A stretch of 64,000 nt of DNA from Podarcis gaigeae (lineage: Eukaryota), in NCBI GenBank assembly GCA_964106915.2, contig OZ066915.1. One strand, 5' to 3'. Shown here in pieces: positions 38,912 to 50,000 of this stretch; the first letter of the stretch is position 1, and each line of letters begins with the position of its first letter. The notes beneath the pieces were generated by a model, which ran no database searches, was not told where the DNA came from, and was given only the letters and a program-made list of their open reading frames with translations. A program made the translations under genes and the position numbers.

Positions 38912-39869
38912 AAGTTTCTTTTACATGCGCATAATTTGGAATTCTGCATTGTATGGAGCTGTTATAATATAAGAATCGGAGTTCAAGAAACAAAACCAAA
39001 AAGAAAGAAGAGCTACTGCATGGTAGAAAAATTATGTCTGAGGTACAGACACATACAGAGTTCCACGGACCAAATGTGTTGACAAAGAGGATATTTACAA
39101 AGTTCTGGGGCTGGGAGTTGGAGGACAAAGAGGCTGGAGACGGGAGCTGCAAGTTTCTTCTAGGTTGGACACTCTGGAAGAAACTGCAGAGTTGGGGTGA
39201 AGGTAGCTCCAGCCCTTGACATTCCTTATTCAGCCTCATTAAGTCTCAAGGGAAGCATTCAAAGCACCGGACAGGAAGTCATAGCTGAAGAAGCCCCAAA
39301 GAGCAAATTCTCAACCAGGTCCCCATTCCAAGTGCTTACAGCTAGGGAGGAAGTGAGTCCCAAATCACACAAGTCATATGATGAGAGATTTCAGGCTAGG
39401 ACAGACATTGGTTGCGAAGGAATGGAGGGGGCATCCTGTCCTGCCACAAAGATGGGAGATTTTTCACTTCTTGCACACCTTCAGCAGCTTCAAAATGGGT
39501 TCTTGGCCAGAGACCCCCAACTCACCTGACTACAGTCTCTGGAGATTGTATCCAGTGCTAGCCCTATTCAGAGCAGAGCCAATGAAGCTGATGAACCTAA
39601 GTTAGTCTATTCTGAGGGGGACTAGCACTGAATGCAACCCTCTCTCTCCTTCTGCCTGAAAGCTTGTCCATGTCAATATGCCTAGCCACATTGCCCCAGA
39701 ATGCACTGAGGTATTCTTAAAATAAGTCAGAACAGTCCGCCTTTTCCTTTGTTCTTGGAGCCCCTGCACCAATCAGCCCAGTGTGTGGATGCAGGACTAT
39801 GTTTCATGCATTTACTTGGTGCTCAGGACCCTGTAGCTAAAAAACCATACAAAGTGGTTGAAATGCTTT

Positions 39870-39871
<2 letters not shown>

Positions 39872-39901
<30 letters not shown>
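39872..39901. repeat. (TG)n microsatellite
   Basis: Direct read. Confidence 0.9.
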
Positions 39902-39902
<1 letters not shown>

Positions 39903-40496
39903 TACACACAGATTGAGAGACAATTGAGCGTATTGGGAAGAAGTCATGTTGAAACTCCTTTCCTTGACATGCTGCCTTTCCACAGACAGGGATTTTGAGC
40001 CAGGGAGCATTTCATCTGCCATTCCTTCAGCGGGCATTCTACAGTGGCACAGCCCTCATGAGACTGAACCATATGCTTTAATATATGAATGTAAAGATTG
40101 GCCTAAGGCATAATTTCTCCAAGTGACTTGCTGCCATAATTTTGAGTCAGGTCCTATGGTCATATTGAGAACATGGATTGTCAAGGTCCATGCATAGTTT
40201 GGCAAGTGCTGAAGCATCATGTGGTTGCTTCACCATGCACTCAATTTGTCTCTCAACCCAATTTCACCATGTCATTCAACTTCTTGCTGGCGACCTCTAT
40301 TTCCAATACTATACTTCCTTATGCTATAGATCAGAGTGTGAGGAACCTCTGGCCTGCCAGCCTTGCTGAACATCAGCTCCCATTTCCCTGGCCCTTGGCT
40401 ACGCTTGCCAAGGTTGATGGGAGGTGTTGTTCAGCAACATCTGGAGGGCCACAGGTCCCCTATATCTGCTGCAGATGAACATATGCACAGTAGCAT

Positions 40497-40742
40497 AAGG
40501 GTAAAGGTAAAGGGAGCCCTGACCATTAGGTCCAGTCACGGATGACTCTGGGGTTGTGGCGCTCATTTCGCTTTACTGGCCAAGGGAGCCGGCATACAGC
40601 TTCCAGGTCATGTGGCCAGCATGACTTAGCCACTTCTGGCGTATCAGAGCAGCACACGGAAACGCCATTTACCTTCCCGCCAGAGCGGTACCTATTTATC
40701 TACTTGCACTCTGACGTGCTTTCAAACTACTAGGTTGCCAGG
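40497..40742 (-). mobile_element. Sauria SINE, 5'-truncated, inside the probable PDE1B 3'UTR
   Basis: aaaggtaaagg...ggaaacgccatttaccttcccgcc...taggttg. Confidence 0.85.
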
Positions 40743-41957
40743 AAGGGTACATATGGGTACTACTGTGTTATATCAGCTTCTAGGGGCAGCATTTGGGTTG
40801 ACATTCCATGAAGGAAGACTTCTCCAGGCTGGGAACTGGCCAGTTCAACCCTTTAACTCAACAGATGACCCCAAATCTCATGAGAACTCACAAGAGATGC
40901 TCCATGTACGTGTTCTGCGATGCGTCTCAGCCTCAGCTACAATCCAATGAGGATCCAAAACCCTGATTCTCTTATGGCTCACTTCTTGAAAGAGAGAGAG
41001 AGGATGAATGCTGAGGTTCAAGCTTACCTAGAAAGCTTACCTGGAAGACATACCTTCTGGAAGATATGTGGGGGTGTCTGTAGCCAGAACTCAGCAAAGC
41101 CCTAGCATTAAAAATGGATTCTGGCTCATGTTAAACCCTGGTCCTGATCTGCAAAACGCTTTGCTCTCCTCTCTTCACATTCATACAAGCCTGCCTCACA
41201 TCTCCATTGCACACAGCGATACGATTGCACCAATCAAAAAGGGAAACAGGGTCCTTAACTAAAGACCATTCAAGCCCATGAACTGGCTTTTGAGATCCCA
41301 CAAATGCACAGATCAATGCATCAGTCCATAGAAGATGCACCACTAGGACATCCTGTGAGCTATCTATGCCCAGAACCCAGTAGCTGCAGAATAACCAGCA
41401 GGCATAAGGTCCATCCAACTTCCATACTGCTTATCCCCTATAGACAGACAGAATGGATTCAGTCTATGGATAGGATGAGGAACTGCAATTCAACTCTTCC
41501 TCTTCACGCCCCCCCAACCCATGTGACCAAGTAGCTCCCAGAAAAATGGGTGCCTGCGACTCTCCAACAGATGCCTAAATCTCATCTCAGAAGTGGAACC
41601 GCAGTTGACGGCAGTGGCATCCACTTAGGGCTTGGGTTGGGTGGAGCTATTCCACGGTGCAATATAACTATTGCTCCAGAGATGTGAGATTCGATACACA
41701 GCAGATCTGAGCCAATCTAATGCTTTAGCGAGTTGAGAGAGGCTGGCTGATCTGGCTTCATAAAAATGGGAGGCTGAGTATAGGGCATACACATTTTGAT
41801 ACAAGGGACTAGGCTTGTGAGAGATGTCGGCAAACTGCCCCAGGAGGAGAACTGCAGCTGGAACCTCATACATGGGGGGGAGGGGACTCTTGAGATGCCA
41901 TTAATTTAGTCCACCCCTGAGGCCAGCTAGGAGCCATACTGATCATGCAGGGGTGCA

Positions 41958-42046
41958 ATTGCCTTGACACTCTCCATTGCCTCCATTGCCTTGACATTGC
42001 TCCATTGCCTTGACATTGCCATTGCTCCATTGCCTTGACACTCTCC
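41958..42046. repeat. Composite minisatellite of attgccttgac, attgctcc and ctcc units
   Basis: attgccttgaca occurs four times with interspersed cattgc units. Confidence 0.85.
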
Positions 42047-42729
42047 TCCAAAGTGCAATTTCAGCCAATACAGTAAAAAAATGTGGCAGCGGTCTCGGCA
42101 GTCACTTCGCTGGATTGGCAGTGAGAAGCCTTACCCGGCCCGTTTGGCACAGCAGGGAGGGGGAGGGTGGATGTGAGTGTAAGCCCTCAGTGTTGCCGAG
42201 GCCATTTGCTCATCCACTGGTGCTTGGGGGATGGGATAGACAAAAATCCCATGACTGCAATCATGGAGCAGGAATTCTAACAGTTACATGGGGGGGGGGG
42301 TATGTGTCTCTCTCATTCTCTGCAACTCAGGGATGGGGCAGGCAGTGGGTGCTGTGTGATGTCGACATTGTTGACTCATTAACAGTTGCATTTATCATTA
42401 TTAATATTATTACTAGTAGTATTGATGGTCACATTCATATCACACCCTTCTCGAGCCTGGGGAGGCTCCCTCCCTGTGCGAATGGTGCTTTGTCGATGGT
42501 ACTGAAGACTTTGGAGTAAATTGTGTCGGAGACCTGCCAGGAAAAACAGAAACAGCCTCAAGAGTCAGAGTCGGGAGCGTGTCCATGGTCTGGATAGGAA
42601 GGAAGCCATTCATACCTTCCACCAGAGTTAAATCATGAAAATAATTCTGATTGGGAAATAACAAAATTAACAATAACCTTTGAAAATAAGAGCAAGAAAG
42701 CAACAACAATACTTTGAGTTTGAATAGAG

Positions 42730-42858
42730 CAGGGCAGATCCTCATATTTTGTTGGGCTACAACTCCCATCATTCCAGATCATTGGTTAAAGGTGGCTGGG
42801 GATGATGGGAGTTGTAGTCCCCTAGTATCTGGGGGGGCCCAAAGTTGAAGAACCCTGC
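42730..42858. mobile_element. Hairpin hAT-derived MITE (ctacaactcccatc...gatgggagttgtag); at least 12 degenerate copies across the window
   Basis: Internal inverted repeat; similar copies near 10225, 10585, 15445, 20680, 21040, 34460, 35720, 36290, 40330, 47390, 50760, 53035, 53250 and 55410. Confidence 0.75.
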
Positions 42859-43929
42859 ATTAGAGTGGGGCTGAGGAAACTGCCCCCCCCCCCCGATGTT
42901 GCAGGATTACAACTCGCATCATCTAGGACTATTGGCCATGCTAGCCAGGGCTGAGTCCAACAAATGTATGAAGGGCCACACGTTCTCCAGCCTTGCTCTC
43001 AGGTAATAAGCCTGCATCTGGACTATACCACTAAGCTGCAAAAATCTGGGGCACAATTATTGCTTATTAAAAACTAGCTAGGTGGGGTGTTATTTCACAC
43101 ACCTGAATGTTCTGCCACTAAAAACAAACAAACAAACACCCTCTGCACAGAAAACTGCTATGTCAAGAAGAAGGCAGCAGCTTCCTTGATGCAGGGCTGT
43201 TTCTTCTTCCCTGCCCCTCTTGGATTATTGAAATTCGGGGACAGTGGCAAACCTGCATTTTGGGGACTGTCATGGGGCCCCTTCGCAACCAGCAACAAGA
43301 TCTGGGTAACTACTGTTCTCTTCTTCACTGGGGTTGTTCCATGGCAAATCACCACACCTTTACAACATCTGTGCTACTGACTCTCAAACTTTGGGATTGT
43401 TGAAATGAGCACACCAAAAAATTAATCAATTTAAGCTGTGCAACTCCAATTGGGTCTACTAGACCCCCCACCAAAAAAATTAGGCAATGTGGACTAATCA
43501 CTTTTGGGGTCCCTCTGGGATTCGGGGCCCTGATGCTTAAGGTTCATTAAATCCACCCCTGTTCTGGGACAAGCAAGTCATCAATGCAGGGGTGTTGTTA
43601 GGAGGTAGCCCAGTGGCCCCAGACCCCAGTTCTTTTGTGCTGGCCCTAGACTCCCTATCTCTTTCCCCTCCCCACTTTTTAATCTTAGCCTCTTATTATT
43701 TAAAAAATACAAACTTGGCTTACAGGCCTGCTGAGTATGATGCAAAACACCAGTGAGATTCCAATCCCCTCAATCTTAAATTTATTTGCATCTGTGCATA
43801 TAAATCAGGAAATATAAATATGATGGGGATTTGCGTCACAAGCTTGGTCTCCCAGCTCTCTTAGAATCCCTAGCAGCGCCCCTGATCAGCAGGCAAGCAA
43901 GCACTCACCTTGCTCCCTCACGGACTGTG

Positions 43930-44027
43930 CTATTCCACGTTGCCATTCTGATTGTGCTGGTTTCCAGGCGTGCGCGCCTCCTCCTCGCAGGGTGAGAGCT
44001 CGTCAATGGATGTCTGGTTTGTAATTC
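43930..44027 (-). CDS. PDE1B: PDE1B last coding exon (GITNQTSIDELSPCEEEARTPGNQHNQNGNVE*); exon continues to a donor at 43909
   Basis: tccttag|GA...TAG at 43932-43930; AAG|gtgagt 21 nt after the stop. Confidence 0.95.
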
Positions 44028-47000
44028 CTAAGGAGGGGGAAAGGCATCAGCATCAGGAGGTTGTGGGTCAGGCGCCAAGATCAAGAGACCCAGCAGAAGG
44101 TCGGGAGGAGGGAGGGGGCAGGTAAGGTGAGACAAGGGGGGCTTAGGAAGATGTAGGCCCTGAAAAAGGAGAGGGAACAGGAAACCTGTGAACCCCCTAC
44201 AGACTTTGGACTCCAAATCCCACCGGCCCCAGCCAGAGTAGGATGAGTACCTACTGTATATCCAGAGGGCCAAAGGTTCCCTGTCAATGGTCCAAAAGAA
44301 GGGAGGGAAATGCCATAAAGAACTTGGGTCGCATCCACTCTATGCATTTAAAGCACTATTCTACCACTTTAACAGTCTTGGCTTTCCCCAAAGAAACCTG
44401 GGAAATGTAGCGTGTTAAGAATGTTGAGAGTTGTTACACAGACCCCACACAGAGCTAGAATTCCCAGGATTCTTTGGAGGAGGCCATGACTATTAAAGTG
44501 GTAGAAAAGTGCTTTAAATGTACCGTCCAGTACCAATTGATGTGTGAATACCAGAACAAGCATACATTGCTCAAGAACTGGATAAACTGAGATTAGGAAA
44601 TGCTAGTGTTAGGTCTGTTTACTTTTTTTAACAAAATAATCTATCGGTCATGTTGATGGATTTACATATTAACTTTTCTATTTATTCTTGCTTATAAGCT
44701 GCTCTTATTGTACTTGCCGTAGAAGAGCGGGACATGAATACAACACGACAAGAGCATTAGGAGAGGCATGGCAAGAGCAGGGCCTTTTATGTGCTGGCTC
44801 CCTCTTTTTATTTTATTTAAATTTTATTTATTAATACTTATTCAAAGATATATAGAAAAACATACCCAGTAGAAAATATCTTTTTATAATATAGTGAGAT
44901 AAAACAACTACTTGATCTAAAAAAAGAGCAAAGTCAGAAGGGAGAAAATACAAGAAAAGGAGAAATCTAAAGAAGGGTAAAGCAGCTAGAGAGGCATTAG
45001 GGAAGATGCAAATGGAAATTAAGAGAAAGAATGATTACATCAATGGCAATCAGATTGTGTTCAAGGGCTGGTTCTTAACGGTCTTTTTGTTACAAGGTCA
45101 GGAAGTGGATGTTTGGGTTGAATTTACATATTACATGCGCATGCATGTCATGGAGCCCACTATTTTTTATTTTTTATTAACAGTTTGGGGAAGGGGCAGT
45201 ATTGACCACAGCTCCCTTACAAACTTGACCAGGAAAATTGATCCAACACAACTAAATCTGTCCCCTACTCACAAAGAAAGACATCCCTCTGCCCCACCGT
45301 CAGCCCATACCACTGGCAGCTCGCTCCTTCCACTTCTGCTTGTTCTCTTGGATGTACTTCGTCCAGGTGGAACGGAAGCTGTTGATGTCAGCATTGATTT
45401 CTCCCAGTTCAGCATGCTCATCGACAGAGGGCTGGCGCCAGTGGGAACTGCAGGAAGTGAGAGACACCATCAGAGGAAGCTTGCAAATCCCCAGAGACAA
45501 GGACCGTAAAGGGCTGTTCCTGCCACGCAGCGCCCGGCCAGAGACAGTCACGCTGGCTGGACTGCTGCCTGGTCTCCCTCTAGGGACAAACTCGGGGCCC
45601 CTGGAAGCACTTCCCTGGTTTTGGCCATGCTTCCACTTTATAGTCCCTCACTTAGCCTTGATCTCTGCGGAGCAAATCAACTGCTCTTAGTCTCCCCGCC
45701 CCCAACTCCTATTTTGTATTGCACATTTTAAGTCAGGGATGGGGAAACCTGGGGTGCTTCAGATATTGCTGGACCAGACCACCCATCCCCTCTGGAATGG
45801 ATGGGAGCTGGAAGACCACAAGTTCCCCACCCCTGTTCCGTTTTCAAACTGGAAGGGAGGAGGTATTCTTTTTTAAAAAATAAAATAAACAATATTTTAT
45901 AAAATAAATAAAAAAATAGTAATACAAATAAAAATCCAATCAAATTAAAGACTCTCCTGTGAACTTGCCCCGCTTTGGGAGTGACAACCAAGACAGGAAG
46001 AGGAGCAGGGGCGGGGCGGGTGGAAGGATCCATGTTTCTCCCTTGGGCATCCCCAAGCCAGGTGCACAAAGAACAGCCTGCATAGTGAGCCAGGCCAAGG
46101 CAACTTCCAGCTACAAAGGGGCCCGTTTATGTGAAGCCCGACATTGCCGCTGGCTGTGCTGCTTGGCGCTTGCCTCACGGGAGTTTGGGGACACACAAGC
46201 TCTGTCGGAGCTGGTACCTTGAAAGGTTCCAATTGATCTCACCGGCTGACACAGGCTCCCTTTGGTCCTCGCTGCCTTCCCCTGACAAGCAGGCGAGAGG
46301 CAGTCAAGAGGGGAAGCACTCCACAGCCCCCAAAACTCACAGGGAGGGGTGGGAAATGAAAAAAGGCCCTATTATTCTTCAAAAGAAAGAAGGCTGGCTG
46401 ACTCTCCCACAGCAAACATGCTTCAGAGAGCCAGTGTGGTGTAGTGCTTAAGAGAGGTAGACTCGTAATCTGGTGAACCGGGTTCGCTTCCCCGCTCCTC
46501 CACCTGCAGCTGCTGGTGACCTTGGGCTAGTCACACTTCTCAGAAGTCTCTCAGCCCCACTCACTTCACAGAGTGTTCGTTGTGGGGGAGGAAGGGAAAG
46601 GAGAATGTTAGCCGCTTTGAGACTCCTTCCGGTAGTGATAAAGTGGGATATCAAATCCAAACTCTTTTTTTTCTTCAAAAGCTGAACTTCCCCTCCAGGG
46701 CCGGCCCTTCCATAAGGCAATGAGGCAGCCACCTCAGGTGGCAGTTGCTGAGGGGTTAGGCATGCTGTGTATGCCACATGGCACACCCCCAGCTGCTGTG
46801 GAGGTCACTTTCCTATTGACAGTGTTGAAGTAAGACTCAGCCGCTATTCCTTATACATGAAAGGGGGCAGGGGGGCACCATCTTGGCCTTCACCTCGGAC
46901 TTGGACCAGCCCTGTTTCCCCCAAATCCCCAGCACTGGGACAAGCAGGCTCAATGTGGGAAACTGGTCCCTGGCAAGATGCATTGTCCCTGCCTCTCCAT

Positions 47001-50000
47001 CCACATCCGCAATGGCTGGGCCAACCAGCATCCTGGGAGAGTCTAGAGCTCAGGTACCAAGTTCAATGCCTGGCAGCTCCAGTTAAAGGAGAATTAGTCT
47101 GCCAAAGACGGGAAGTGCCCACAGCACTTGGCCACAGCAGCCAAGAGGAAAAATTGTGGGCTTGATGTAACCTAGCATAAAGCATCTTGCTCTGTTCCTA
47201 TTGTATTATTTTCCTGCATAGCAGTGAATGAAAAGCATGCATTTACTGGAAAAATAAAAGGGTACATCCAGGGACACTATTGGTGGAGCGGGGTATTAAA
47301 CTCCACGCCCTCCTTTCCTCAATGAGAAACAGGCCTGCTCACATCTGCATTGCCCCTAAACTCTGTGCAGACTCCCCCAACATGCGTACCCTCCAGGCCA
47401 GGGCTGGTTGAACTGCAGTGCTGATCATCCCTGAACATTGGCTGTGTTGGCAGGGGCTGATGGGAGTTGTAGTCCAACAGTGTCATTGGGCACCACATTG
47501 ACCGCTCCTGCTCCTGATGTTATTAGACCACAACTCTCATCATCCCAGACCATTGCCCATCATGGCTGAGCCTGACGGGACTTAATTCTAAAATATCTTG
47601 CAGAAGGCTGAACTAACAGCATAACAGAATACAGTGGAACCTCGGTTCTCAAACGTCTCTGTTGACAAACAATTCGGAACCTGAACGTCAAAAATCCAGA
47701 AGTAATTGCTTCCATTTTCAAATGGCTTCCGAGGCGTGTTTCTCCATTTTGTCAATGGATTCTGCTGACTGCCCTTTGATCTTCAGTTTTCTAACGCTTC
47801 GGAAGTCGAACAGTCTTCCGGAATGGATTACATTTGAAAACCCAGGTTCCACTGTATCAGGAAACTGGCTTGTCATTACGATTGGAGGACTGCAGGTATG
47901 CTACCCAGGGGTGCTATCCCAAGTAGGGAGGATGTAGTCCATGGTATGGAGAGTACCATTAGGTAACACGAATGGGCTTCACTCAAGTACACCAATGGAC
48001 CAACCCAGCTCTCTTGTCCCTGGTGAGCTCAGCCACTGAGAACCAAGCCACCTACCATTGCCCTATCATCACCCTGGGTTATTTTTTATTGGTCACATTA
48101 GCATGTGACAGAATGTTGGGAACTTGTGGCACAGCACATGATACTGAAGAAGCCGGTCCCTCTCCCTTTGGAACTGGTTCTGGCTGCTTCTCCATGCCAG
48201 TGCTCCTCTCCACCCCAGCCCCCCCTGTGTACAAACCTGCTCTGCTGGCTGGAGGATTTGTTCTTGGAGCCCTCCTCCACCAGGGGGATGACCATCTTCT
48301 CAGCTACGTCCGTCAGAACTTGGAAAGTGGGCTCCACGATGAAATCAATGAAGCCTGTGGAAAGGAAGAGGCCTTAACAACAGGGCTGTGGACTCCTCCG
48401 CTCCCCCAGGCACCGTGGTGCACCTCAGTGGGCAAGAATGACAGCAGGATGAAATAAGGTGGCAGATGGAGCAGGACAGGTGTTGAGCCCCACTAGGGAA
48501 GGAGATGCTGGTCGTGAGGGCCTCACCAAAGAATACAGCCTGGTATTGTGCAACTCACCAATCTGGGACTGAGCCACCAGTGTGGATGTACGGTCACACA
48601 AAGGGGAGAAAGGCAAACCAAGCTCAGCCTCTTTGTCACCCTAGAGAAAGCAAAAGCAGCATCAGAACCAACCCTAAGAGCAAGACATCTGAGCCAAGCA
48701 GACTGATCCCAGGGTAGCAAGCATGGCTACTATTGTGCTGTGAAGCACAGACTATCACTCTTCAGGGGAAAGGCTGCAATTGCTGTGAAATCCTGAGAAT
48801 CTTTGCTTTGGTTGGGTGTGTTTAAAACCAAACCCACATGTTCCCATGGCTACAGACTGGCAGCATGGGGAGGGGAAATGAAAACAAACAGGCCACCTGA
48901 TAAGATACATTGCCTGGAGATCACAAATAGATGGCTTGCAACAGTCAGGGGGGTTATGGTTCTTCCTTCAACACAGCTCTTAGTCTCTGCTCAGGAATCC
49001 TAGCCCTTCTACCTCTGTATATTTCAGCAACTTTCTCTAAGGGATGCCTCCTACAAAATATTTCACACTTCCAATTCAAAACTACGGTAGATCCCAAACT
49101 GTAGATCAAAACTGCACTCAATACTGAAAGGAACACACAAGCATATTTTCATGGATTTGCCTTTCAGCATACTCACGGTGGAAGGAAGGTGGGGGAGATT
49201 CCTTTCTTGCTTGCAAATAATTTGAAGGCAAGAATGTAAAATTACATGCATGCGCCCCTTACTTGTGTGTCTGTTTTGTACGCAAGCGTAATAATCCCAG
49301 AGGAAACAGGCCTCTGGGTCACAGAGGTCACAGGATATACCTGTCGGAAGAATTCTTCCATGAGGGCCTTGGTCCATCGGGAGTGCACCGTCCACTGTTT
49401 GGTGGGGTGGCTGATGTCGGCTGCATGCAGCAACAAGGAGAGTGCTTTTGACTTGTCAATTCTGGAAAAGTATTATCATGGAAATAATGAGGATAGAGTA
49501 GGATCTTACCTCTGGCATACCCCACCTTCACCCTACAGGGTAAGGCAGCCACAAGGCCACTTGCCAACTGACCACAGACAAGTGATCTTAGCCCTCTGGC
49601 CAAGCAGGTCACATAGCACCACACAGATCCCTATTGTGAAAATCTTATTTCCACTGCAGTTTTCAAGCAGGCAAGAAAAAGGGAGAGTCCCTTCCAAGCC
49701 ACTGGGGAACTTGGGGGAAAGTTCTGCTGTTTCTCATTTTTCTCCTGCCCTTTTCTCAAGCCCTCTGTGCATGTCAGAAATGGCAACCAAAAATAATGGC
49801 TGACTGGTAAGCCACGTCTATATTTATGGGCCTCTGTGCTTCAGTACAACCAGAACTCCTGAAAATAAGTCATGACATTCTAGATAAGTTAGTGGCTCAA
49901 TTAGTAGAGAATGAGACTCTTAATCTCAGAGTCATGGCTTCAAGCCCCACATTGGGCAAAATATTCCTCCATTGCTGGAGGCTGGAACCTCAATTCTACA

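Larger units (their letters stand above)
38850..42533 (-). other. PDE1B: Probable PDE1B terminal 3'UTR exon
   Basis: Acceptor gtttctgtttttcctggcag|GTCTCC at 42533; three minus-strand AATAAA at 38911-38906, 38903-38898 and 38872-38867; TGTAAATA at 39099-39092; GU-rich tract downstream. End coordinate approximate. Confidence 0.6.

Noticed and set aside
43918-43932. Stop-codon read-through of PDE1B
   Set aside because: TAG CAC AGT CCG TGA: not a known read-through context, and a second stop follows after three codons.
49888-49960. tRNA-Lys gene, and tRNA-Ile-like sequences at 5700 and 13920
   Set aside because: Stems and boxes are degenerate and run into a SINE body; these are SINE heads.
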